A DNA stretch of 64,000 nt from a virus, in IMG/VR virus record IMGVR_UViG_3300045988_137393, one strand, 5' to 3'. Shown in pieces: positions 47,757-56,048 of this stretch (the first letter of the stretch is position 1; every line of letters starts with the position of its first letter). A program made the position numbers and the translations under genes. Under the pieces are notes generated by a model. That model made no database searches. It was not told the origin of the DNA and saw nothing but the letters and a program-made list of their open reading frames with translations.

Positions 47757-50366
47757 TTAACAGTTTTTTGAAAAACATTTTAGCAAATTTGATGAATTTA
47801 TACTGTATAATACCTTCATTAACAATGATTTATTTTTATTAAGGACAGAAGATATTGATTTTTGATTTCGAATTGAACCAGGAAGAATTTTAAAACAACG
47901 ATCAATCATCCAAGAAAACAACCCAAGATAATTCTTAGATATTTTAATTGATTTCACTTCATAAATCATGTCATCAAAATCTTTTCTAAGCAATAAATAA
48001 TCATCATTCTCTGCATCATCGTTTATTTCATATAATTTTAATGAATATTTTGCTATAATTTCCTCAACCTTTCTACAAGTACGAATATTACTTTTCATTT
48101 CATATTTAACAAAAAAATGACTCATTGGCAGAGTTGTATCTGTATTATGAAACTTCATTAAATCCAAATCGTATAAGTAATTCATAGGACATTTTAAACT
48201 TTCGTTTATGTATTTTTCATTAAAACCTCTTTTGATTATTTTCCAAAACGAAGGATAAAGATTTGTTTTAATATCCATATCATCTTTTATTCTTTTGATT
48301 TCACCAGTTAAGTCGATGTCGAATCTTCTCTTTGCGTTATCAATAGCGACTTGAGCCAAAACACTTAATATACATACATAGTCAACATACTTTTGGTCAT
48401 CAAAATTACATGCATATGTTTGAGCTATTTGAGCTAAGTTGCTTGATTCGCCAATATCCAACTGAGATTTTGCTAAATTATTGTCAATTCCAGCATAATC
48501 GTCCATTGATTTACCATATATATTTTTCTCTTTTGGAATGTTATTTTTGATGGTAGGATAATTTTGATAGCATTTTCTCGCATGTTCTACAATATCACAT
48601 TGATTTGTTGTATACCCACTATCGGAATCTTGATCACTTCCATTGTTTCTATCCTGAAAATCTGTACCATTCATATTTACTGCAACGCACTGTTTTCCAA
48701 GGTTAAAATATTTTTCAAGATTTTTATGGTATATATTGTGAAGATATGTAAGATTGTTTTTACTATTAAAAGGACTTCTAAAGAAAGCTAGATATTCACC
48801 ACTATTAAATCTTTCAGTGTAACATTGAATTGTATTGCTTTCAGCAAAAAATGTGTCATCATTATCAACGTCAGACTCATTTCCTGTGGCAGCATATAAA
48901 AGCATTGCATATGGAGATCCAACTATTACTAAATTTTCAGCATTTTGAATAATACGTCCACTTTTCATATTTAACACATATCCTTTAATAATAGCTTTTT
49001 TTCTGTCACGAAAATATGAACTCCTTACAAAATCTGGATTTTGATTACACAAAGCAATTAAAACTTCGTAATCATTTGAAAAGTTTTTATTCTTCTCAAG
49101 ATATTTCAAAAACTCAGAATTGTCTTGTTTGAGTTTATTGATATACTCAACACTTTCCTTTACAACATTTGGCATTATTTTTTCATCAAGAGAGTTTACC
49201 ATTTGGTAGCTCATTCTCTGAACTTCTCCAAGTTTACTTTCATGTGCAGTTTTCACAATACCAAACATACAGCCGTTTTCATAAACTCGATCACACCAAT
49301 ATTCATACGACTTATCAAATTTCAACCATTTCATAGCATTGTCAGTTGTGATCAATTCAATATCCTTAACAAAATGTTCTACTCCAAACATATCTTTTAC
49401 AGTAGCAGAATAGTAATTCTCTCCAAAATAGTCTTTGAAAAATTGCTGGATATTTGTGCTAAAAGCTGCCATTTTACAAAAATGATGTCGTAATAATATA
49501 TATCCATTTCCCCAACTTGGGAAGATACTAGAATCAATTAACGCCTGTCCGTCAAACATCGTGTTCTTCAACTCGTAATTATCAATGTGTTTTGCATAGC
49601 AATGTTTGTTTTCATCTGTCTCAATACTAACTACTTTAGTAAAAAATGATCTATCCACATCTTTTAATATTAAAATATTCTTGGGATTAATTTTGACTTT
49701 ACCAACGACGGCACTGGATATGAGAGGAGCATAAGCACTAATTTCGACTGTAGGAGAATTCCTTTTAGGAAGTCGAATGCCCATATACAAAAATTTAATT
49801 GCTTTTTTATAAAGGCGATCACATATAAACATACACGAGCCTTTTTTTGCTTTTCCTGTACTTCTGTAAAGCATTTTGTAATGAATAGTTTCTCGTTTTA
49901 TGATATCACCGTTTTTCTTTCTGGTAATATATTCAACATTTACACCTTCATTATAAAACAATGTTCTTATTTCTTCTTTTGTGTGTTTGTGATATTTGTC
50001 TTTGTTCTTATTTGCTTCCTGAAATAATTGTGAAAGTTTTTTACGTTTGTTCCTTTTCTTTTGAATCTGACTATTATAGCCATATGATTTTGCAAGCTTA
50101 TATTCAGTTCTCGCATCTCTTGCGACTTTTTGTAAATGTGAAATCTCTTCATCGTAAGAACGAGAACCAAAATTAAATTCCAAACAAATTAAATCTCGTG
50201 TAGATTCTTCTTTCCATACCTTTAATCCATTTTCATTTAAAAAGTCACTAAAAAGGCTATTGGTAAACATCGCATCTTTATACTCATAATGATCTCTGAC
50301 ACCATTATTATACTCATAAAGGGTGCTTGCTTCAATATTCTTTATTTTAATTCCATATTCACTCAT
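47757..50366 (-). CDS. Large early protein, candidate YonO-like single-subunit (two-barrel) RNA polymerase
   Basis: 869-aa ORF. The segment ...LAFFRSPFNS...AVNMNGTDFQDRNNGSDQDSDSGY ends in a DxDxD triad (DQDSD, 48621-48635). An RxP element precedes it, as in YonO and RdRP-type polymerases. This is motif-level evidence only. Confidence 0.4.
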   Translation of the reverse strand: MSEYGIKIKNIEASTLYEYNNGVRDHYEYKDAMFTNSLFSDFLNENGLKVWKEESTRDLICLEFNFGSRSYDEEISHLQKVARDARTEYKLAKSYGYNSQIQKKRNKRKKLSQLFQEANKNKDKYHKHTKEEIRTLFYNEGVNVEYITRKKNGDIIKRETIHYKMLYRSTGKAKKGSCMFICDRLYKKAIKFLYMGIRLPKRNSPTVEISAYAPLISSAVVGKVKINPKNILILKDVDRSFFTKVVSIETDENKHCYAKHIDNYELKNTMFDGQALIDSSIFPSWGNGYILLRHHFCKMAAFSTNIQQFFKDYFGENYYSATVKDMFGVEHFVKDIELITTDNAMKWLKFDKSYEYWCDRVYENGCMFGIVKTAHESKLGEVQRMSYQMVNSLDEKIMPNVVKESVEYINKLKQDNSEFLKYLEKNKNFSNDYEVLIALCNQNPDFVRSSYFRDRKKAIIKGYVLNMKSGRIIQNAENLVIVGSPYAMLLYAATGNESDVDNDDTFFAESNTIQCYTERFNSGEYLAFFRSPFNSKNNLTYLHNIYHKNLEKYFNLGKQCVAVNMNGTDFQDRNNGSDQDSDSGYTTNQCDIVEHARKCYQNYPTIKNNIPKEKNIYGKSMDDYAGIDNNLAKSQLDIGESSNLAQIAQTYACNFDDQKYVDYVCILSVLAQVAIDNAKRRFDIDLTGEIKRIKDDMDIKTNLYPSFWKIIKRGFNEKYINESLKCPMNYLYDLDLMKFHNTDTTLPMSHFFVKYEMKSNIRTCRKVEEIIAKYSLKLYEINDDAENDDYLLLRKDFDDMIYEVKSIKISKNYLGLFSWMIDRCFKILPGSIRNQKSISSVLNKNKSLLMKVLYSINSSNLLKCFSKNC

Positions 50367-50389
50367 TTATTATAACATCACCACCTTAA

Positions 50390-50590
50390 TCAAATTTGTT
50401 CCCAAAATTCATCTTCATTCCATTCACTATTGCAACGTGAATTTACTTCCATGAAACATTCCTCAATATTTCCACAATTAACACAGTCATAATCGTTACC
50501 AATTAAATCGTTCTTACATTTTCTTTTAGAAATGTAATCTGTAATTAAGTCAGCCATTGACTCCAATTCTTCTTTACTATATTTATTCAT
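50390..50590 (-). CDS. Hypothetical small Cys-containing protein
   Basis: 66-aa ORF with RBS GGAGG. Confidence 0.55.
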   Translation of the reverse strand: MNKYSKEELESMADLITDYISKRKCKNDLIGNDYDCVNCGNIEECFMEVNSRCNSEWNEDEFWEQI

Positions 50591-50634
50591 ATAAATTTAC
50601 CTCCACTTATATATTCTCCAAATGAAATTTCTAT

Positions 50635-50946
50635 TTACTCACTTTTAGATTTTCCTTCGTTGAAAGCTACAATTCCAAATGTATCAACAGAAATTATCAA
50701 TCCTATTGTTCTAATACATAAATTGTCAACCATGATTGCGAAAACAAAAATGAAAGCAATTGATATAAATGTTAGGAATTTATATATTAACTTTTTATGA
50801 AATCTCTTTTTATCAATATAATGCTGTTTATCCTTAAATTTCACATACCAGAAATCTTGTGTGTTGCAAAACTGAGGTAATTTATCTTTTAGTTTATTTA
50901 CAATTTTATTCATCATGATCCTCCATTTCTTTATAATTGAATCCAA
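50635..50946 (-). CDS. Small membrane protein
   Basis: TM helix FLTFISIAFIFVFAIMV. The start is uncertain and may be MMNKIV. Confidence 0.5.
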   Translation of the reverse strand: MDSIIKKWRIMMNKIVNKLKDKLPQFCNTQDFWYVKFKDKQHYIDKKRFHKKLIYKFLTFISIAFIFVFAIMVDNLCIRTIGLIISVDTFGIVAFNEGKSKSE

Positions 50947-51145
50947 GCCAATTAATTATCTGACCTGTCCCTAAACATCCAGTACAGTCCTCATGCATAT
51001 ATTCTCCGTTTTCATTATCAAGATAGCGTTCACCTTGATAAATACCTTCGCCACAATAACAGCATAGATACTTTGGACGAGGTGGAGAGTAATAAGGACA
51101 ACGATAATCATGCAGACCGTCATATCTTCCACATATACTACACAT
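50906..51145 (-). CDS. Cys-rich zinc-binding small protein
   Basis: CSICG...CPYY...CCYCGEG...CTGC. Confidence 0.55.
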   Translation of the reverse strand: MCSICGRYDGLHDYRCPYYSPPRPKYLCCYCGEGIYQGERYLDNENGEYMHEDCTGCLGTGQIINWLGFNYKEMEDHDE

Positions 51146-51281
51146 ATAGTTGTTTCATTCTCCTTTAATACAGTTGCTTAAATTTTTAAGTTACAATTTT
51201 TAGATGGGTATTTGTTCACCGAATGGCGTAGAATTTTCTGTACAATGGTGTACATTAGAAATTCTGGCTAGAAAGGGTATC

Positions 51282-51584
51282 TCAGTTAGATTTACTAGCT
51301 TGATATTTTCTCATACGTTCAGCCGCCTGTTTCTTCTGTTCATCTGTAAGTTCACGTTTCTTTGCTCTAAAACTGATTAATGTTTTATCCTTTAATAAAT
51401 ATTTCTTACCTCTACCAGTATCTTGGATGAGAGAGTACATATCAGGACTTTCCTTGCACAATCTATCCAATTTAGTAATATATGTAGAATCTGAAGCATA
51501 AATTGTTGCGAATTTCTCATCACGCATTGCATTAATACAAATTTCCTGTTCTTCAATTGAAACTGTCATATTTTTATCTGCCAT
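51282..51584 (-). CDS. Hypothetical protein
   Basis: 100-aa ORF whose ATG overlaps the upstream stop. Confidence 0.55.
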   Translation of the reverse strand: MADKNMTVSIEEQEICINAMRDEKFATIYASDSTYITKLDRLCKESPDMYSLIQDTGRGKKYLLKDKTLISFRAKKRELTDEQKKQAAERMRKYQASKSN

Positions 51585-51784
51585 TATTCATGTCCCTCCT
51601 TGTAAGCATCTAATACAACTCTGTTTCTTGCACATGCCTTATCAAATCGCCAATCAGACGCAATACGTTCAGCAATATTTCGACTGCCTTCATAACCGGT
51701 GCAAAAATCTGATATACAAATATTTCCCCCATATGTATTCTGGTATTTATGGTTCTTTGATGTAATTGTTATGGTTCTGTTCAT
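51584..51784 (-). CDS. Hypothetical protein
   Basis: 66-aa ORF. Confidence 0.5.
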   Translation of the reverse strand: MNRTITITSKNHKYQNTYGGNICISDFCTGYEGSRNIAERIASDWRFDKACARNRVVLDAYKEGHE

Positions 51785-51881
51785 TAATTAGTTCTCCTTT
51801 TCTGTTTAAGAATTTATTCATTGCAATCAACTCCTTTGAGTGCTGCGTTAATTTGTTACATATGTTTATTCTCTGTTTTAT

Positions 51882-52688
51882 TTACGACTTATTGCCGTTT
51901 TTGATTTCTCCAAATGAGTCTACATTATAGATTTCCAACATCTTAGCAATAGCCCATTCAATTTCTTGCTCATATCCTTCTTTATTAAGTACATATACAT
52001 TTGGTACATTTTGTGGTGGTTTCTTTGGATTAGGTTGAACACTACCAACTTCTTTTTTGATTAGAAGTGGTTCTTTGTCGCCAATAGAAGATGTGAGATA
52101 TTGAATACATTGATTAATGGTATCTTTTGACATAGAGAGTTCTTTTGACATAGATTCTATACTTCGCCAAAAAGCTTCTGGTTTAGTTTCAGGGTTATAC
52201 ATAGTTTCTTCATTATCTTTATTTTTGGGACGAATGAAAATATACGAATTAATATAAAGAAAAGCCATTAATATATTCTCTTTATTAATACTAGATTCAT
52301 TCATCATAATAAAATCAAGCTGAGAAGATGTGATTTTTGAGAACTTATCAACAGCATCAAAATTTTCAGGAATGATCTTAATTTCAATTCCAGTATCATA
52401 TCCAAGCGTGTCAAGATCCTGTTGAACTTCAATCATTTTGTTGTTAATCATATATTCCAGTACATCAAGAATTTCTTGAACAGCTTTCGGTCTGCGTTTG
52501 TGTGTCTTGTATCCGTAGAAATTTAGAACTTTTCTAAGAGTAATCCAACTATAGTCTTCGTAAGACCTATATTTATCAATAAGGATGTAAGTAATATAGA
52601 ATTTACGACTAACTCCATATTTAGTTTTAATGTTTCCTTGAATATAGTTATTTGGAAAACGAGTAAAGTATTCTGTTCTCTGTTGCAA
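51882..52688 (-). CDS. Putative replication-initiator/organizer-like DNA-binding protein
   Basis: TTG start after AAGGAGG. The N-terminus YFTRFPNNYI...YGVSRKFYITYILIDKYRSYEDYSWITLRKVL loosely resembles RepA_N/replisome-organizer N-termini. It is the first gene of the leftward arm. Confidence 0.35.
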   Translation of the reverse strand: MQQRTEYFTRFPNNYIQGNIKTKYGVSRKFYITYILIDKYRSYEDYSWITLRKVLNFYGYKTHKRRPKAVQEILDVLEYMINNKMIEVQQDLDTLGYDTGIEIKIIPENFDAVDKFSKITSSQLDFIMMNESSINKENILMAFLYINSYIFIRPKNKDNEETMYNPETKPEAFWRSIESMSKELSMSKDTINQCIQYLTSSIGDKEPLLIKKEVGSVQPNPKKPPQNVPNVYVLNKEGYEQEIEWAIAKMLEIYNVDSFGEIKNGNKS

Positions 52689-52719
52689 TAAAAATTCCTC
52701 CTTTATAGGTGATATTTAT

Positions 52720-52739
52720 TTATTCTCCATCTGAAATTA
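52720..52739. repeat. 20-bp perfect direct repeat, copy 1 (TTATTCTCCATCTGAAATTA)
   Basis: Identical to 53011-53030. Confidence 0.95.
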
Positions 52740-53010
52740 AGTGGAAGAGAACCTTGCGAGCGTTCAGTAAAGTAGGTCTGAACCCCCACCTGTTTGTTTT
52801 ATTTTTGAAATTGGTAGGGGGTGAAACCCACTTTGCCGAACTGAAAGAAGATATATAACATTATTAATAAGATAGACTATTACGCTTGTATTTCGCTTAC
52901 GCTTCATACAAGCTCTTTAATTTTTTGTTTGATTGTTATTGGTTGATTTGGGTACATGGTGTTTTGGATTAATGGTTTCATTTGAGTACATGTGAGATCT
53001 ACCTATAGTG
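52740..53010 (-). other. 271-nt structured insert flanked by 20-bp direct repeats
   Basis: No ORF. On the minus strand it contains GCUUGUAU...AUACAAGC (8 bp), GUUCAG...CUGAAC (6 bp), ACCCCC/GGGGGU and a CUC-GCAA-GG hairpin (52752-52760). Confidence 0.5.
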
Positions 53011-53413
53011 TTATTCTCCATCTGAAATTATAATTCTGTTTCAAATTAACGTACTTCTCTGTGAAGATATTATCTACAAAAAATACTGGTAGCTTATCAT
53101 GATACATTTTATAAATTTCTTCACCTGATAAACTTATCCAAAAATTACTACCTATTTGTCTTTGTTTCTGCAATGTTTCGATTTCTTCCTGATATTTACT
53201 ATTTTTAATTATTCCTCCAATTTTTCCACAGATAGTACAGTAACTGCATAATGATGTATGAATACGTTCTTTTTATACGTTACTTTTAAAATTCCATTTA
53301 TATTGAATCAGACATTCTTCATAATGATGTTTGTGCTTTGATTTGCGGTTGCTCTTTGAGATATTACTTTCTGTTGACTTGAGATATTTTGGTATTTCGT
53401 TTTCATGTATCAT
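53003..53413 (-). pseudogene. Zinc-ribbon ORF interrupted by one in-frame TAA (53273-53275)
   Basis: RBS AAAGGAGG precedes the ATG at 53413. Reading gives 46 codons, then TAA, then 89 more in-frame codons with no start codon of their own (KERIHTSLCSYCTICGKIGG...). The His/Cys ligands are split across the stop. Confidence 0.55.
53011..53030. repeat. 20-bp perfect direct repeat, copy 2
   Basis: Identical to 52720-52739. It forms the last codons of the interrupted zinc-ribbon ORF. Confidence 0.95.
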
Positions 53414-53524
53414 ATTTAATTCCTCCTTTGATGTATTATTCTCTCTTTGTGAAAATGTGATTATTGCACTATTGTTCTTTTGGTAGTAAAATAAATATAT
53501 ATAATTTTAAAGGAGGAATTGTTT

Positions 53525-54421
53525 ATGAAAAAATTGAAGAGATTAAAGAGGATATTTAGTTTTGTGTTATGCATTGTAATGGTTATTACCGTTATTCAAT
53601 TAGTACCACAAAATGTTTATGCTGCCAATAAAGTTAAATTGAACTATACAAAGCTTACTTTGTATGTTGGCGAAGTAAAGAATTTGAAAATACATGAAGG
53701 AAAAACGGAAATATATTCTGCTAGATGGTCTTCTTCTAATAAAAATGTTGTGAAAGTTACTAATTATGGACATATAGAAGCATTAAAACATGGTTCTGTT
53801 AAAATAATCGCCAAATATAATAATAAAAATTATGTTTGTAAGGTTACTGTCAAGGATGCTTTAAAAGATCATGTAAGTTATGAGTTGATTGATATTCCTG
53901 AAAATGCATATTCGGGACAGTATAATAAAATGATTAAAATTGTAAACAATAATGATGTTACTGTTAATGTTAATATTTCTATTAAACAATACGATAAGGA
54001 TGGATTTTATATTAGACAAAACACAAATGATTATATAGTAAATAAAAATACTTATATTATTGCATTAATGGAATATAATAATGGACGTGTAATAGATTTT
54101 AATAATCCAATACAATATGACGAACAGTTAAAGATATCTTTGAGAAGTGTAAATAGGGCAAATTCTATTGATATAAAATATAATATTTCTGATCAATATA
54201 TTGATAATGGTTGGATATATAGAGATATTGTTTTTACTTCACCTATTACTAAATCTGCAAAATATTCTGCGTTATGTTATAATAGTAGTGGAGAATTAAC
54301 GAGAATAGTTACCGATTATGTTTATGTTCCTGCTAATGAAAAAGTAAAAAAGAAAGATGGATATAATTTGAATTTTAAAGATAAATATGATATTCAAAAA
54401 ATAAATATATATTTTTATTGA
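53525..54421 (+). CDS. Secreted/surface protein with Big_2 (bacterial Ig-like) domain
   Basis: RBS AAAGGAGG. Signal peptide MKKLKRLKRIFSFVLCIVMVITVIQLVPQNVYA. LTLYVGEVKNLK...SSNKNVVKVTNYGHIEALKHGSVKIIA is Big_2-like. Confidence 0.75.
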   Translation: MKKLKRLKRIFSFVLCIVMVITVIQLVPQNVYAANKVKLNYTKLTLYVGEVKNLKIHEGKTEIYSARWSSSNKNVVKVTNYGHIEALKHGSVKIIAKYNNKNYVCKVTVKDALKDHVSYELIDIPENAYSGQYNKMIKIVNNNDVTVNVNISIKQYDKDGFYIRQNTNDYIVNKNTYIIALMEYNNGRVIDFNNPIQYDEQLKISLRSVNRANSIDIKYNISDQYIDNGWIYRDIVFTSPITKSAKYSALCYNSSGELTRIVTDYVYVPANEKVKKKDGYNLNFKDKYDIQKINIYFY

Positions 54422-54438
54422 TCAAGTATTTGTTTATT

Positions 54439-54468
54439 GGACTATGGCTTTGGCTGTAGTCCTTTTTT
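54439..54468 (+). terminator. Rho-independent terminator
   Basis: GGACTATGGC...GCTGTAGTCC followed by TTTTTT. Confidence 0.75.
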
Positions 54469-54539
54469 ATTGCTGTTTTATATATAGATATCTCTATTTA
54501 AAAGGTGATTTGTGATATGGTTTTAATATACCCCCCCTA

Positions 54540-55260
54540 TAGGTTGAGATTCTTGAGTGTGGCTTTTGATGGAAAAATCGTTATCGGTGAAAACGCTTAT
54601 ATATAAGGAAGAAAATAGGATTGTTGGTGTGATTTTTGGTAAGATAGAAGTTTGAAATTTAGGGGTTGAAGTGAGTGAAATGGTTGAAAAATAATGGTTT
54701 TGACGATATGGGGTACGATAAGTGGTTTGAGATGGTAAAATTGGGATTTTGCTTGATTTTGTTGGAAATTTTGATGATTGGGGAAGGATGGATTTTTGAG
54801 TTGGTGTATGGAATAACCAGCTATAGGGTTTACTGCATTTCCAGTCCATCTAATTAGTTTTAACTACCCCGGCTAGGCAAAAACAATGGATAATAGATAT
54901 ATATTATACATTGTTTTTCTGATCCGATTTTCACAACAAATAGTATTAAAAACTATGTGTAGTAGTAGTTATTGGTTCTATGACATATAGTTTAATATTG
55001 TTATAATCCAATATAATCTTAATATCGTTTCCATTCACCACTTTTATATCAAAATCAATAATTTTTAGGTTCACATTCTCCACTTTATACCATAAAACCT
55101 GTCTAAAAATGGGACAGTCCACCACCACACAAAACCAACCTATAATTCTATTGTTAAAATTTCACAATAACACACACCATAACCACACTAAAACTACACA
55201 TATTTCACAAAACTATAAAATCTTATGAAAAAGACTTGAATATCTCACAAAAAAGGACTA
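54540..55260. other. Strand-asymmetric non-coding region (C-poor GT block, AT-rich centre, G-poor CA block): candidate replication origin
   Basis: 54560-54830 has almost no C on the plus strand, with repeated GGTTGA/TTTTGA-type words. 55130-55260 has almost no G, with CCACAC(A/T)AAAAC-type words that are their approximate reverse complements. The interval between them is AT-rich. Confidence 0.35.
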
Positions 55261-55906
55261 TTATACAGTTGTCCGAAGGGATAGGACATAAAACAAGTCC
55301 CATTGTTAGCACATCTGTAAAGAGGACACCGAACCTCACTTGACATCATTAGTTAAGATAGAACCTATCCAAGAATGATGTAAAACCTCACGGCTACTTG
55401 TACAGCCATTCCAAAGCGGATTAAAAAAGCTATCATATATAGCAACGTACAGGGCACTTGATAGCAGTTATTAAGAGGTTGAATTGATACCTTAATGAAA
55501 CAATTCAGTAAAGCCACACTATAGCAGGCACGTGAATAGTAGGAACGATAGAAACCTCATTAGTAGTCAAGTGGCTACTAATTACCATTCCGGCGATGTG
55601 TAACCGGCAAGACAGCAACTCATAAACGTATTAAATAATCTTTACAAGTGTATCACTTGTTTTGTGGTAAAAACATTAAATTACATAACAGGTTTATTAT
55701 ACCACATTCAAAGAGGTTGTTTCAACCTAACAAGATTAAATAGTACAATACCGCTTTATATGTCAAGCGTTAAAAGTATGGCAATATGACATAAGTATAG
55801 CAGGGTACGCAAGCTATACAGTGTAATTGTAAATTATTACAATAAGCACATTCCGCACATTACAATAATAAGCCACCAAGTAAACATGAAAAATGTTGAA
55901 TTATCC
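55260..55906 (+). ncRNA. Large (~0.65 kb) structured leader/ncRNA candidate (N4) ending in a tRNA-like element
   Basis: No ORF. The module AAACCUCA-hairpin-CCAUUCC is repeated (55383-55412 and 55552-55591). A possible H-type pseudoknot involves ATTAAG 55470-75 with CTTAAT 55491-96, and TGAATTG 55480-86 with CAATTCA 55501-07. Many 6-8 bp hairpins are present. Confidence 0.5.
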
Positions 55907-55994
55907 AGTCGCATTGAGCAGGCTCAGTCTACGCTTTTTTAAGCGGTTGTGAATTAAGCACATTTGAGAAGTGGTTCGATTCCACTTGCGACTT
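55907..55994 (+). ncRNA. tRNA-like element A (88 nt): canonical acceptor and T arm, aberrant centre
   Basis: Acceptor AGTCGCA/TGCGACT (7 bp) and T arm AGTGG-TTCGATT-CCACT are canonical. The interior holds GAG-CAGG-CTC, CGCTT-TTTT-AAGCG and TGTG-AATTAAG-CACA hairpins in place of normal D and anticodon arms. Confidence 0.5.
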
Positions 55995-56048
55995 TACCAA
56001 AAAAATAATTATATTGCACTCATGCGTTAAATGAGAGAAGGAGACATT

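Noticed and set aside
52742-52800. GGGUUCAGACCUAC read as a second group-I R-like element
   Set aside because: GUUCAG simply pairs with the downstream CUGAAC as a 6-bp hairpin. There is no P7/P8 arrangement around it.
54523-54857. Track ORFs 54523-54849 (minus strand) and 54675-54857 (plus strand)
   Set aside because: They lie in the extreme C-poor/G-poor block, where stop codons are rare by composition alone. They have no RBS and give Pro/Ser/Thr- or Gly/Trp-biased translations. I treat them as artefacts of the base skew.
54946-55128. 60-aa minus-strand ORF in the AT-rich core
   Set aside because: It has a GTG start with no Shine-Dalgarno sequence and lies in the candidate origin spacer. 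It is probably spurious.
55907-55994. Element A as tRNA-Sec (a 6-bp D stem with a 4-nt loop can be drawn)
   Set aside because: The D-stem drawing reuses the last acceptor base. There is no UCA anticodon loop. The acceptor is 7 bp, not 8. CCA does not follow the discriminator.
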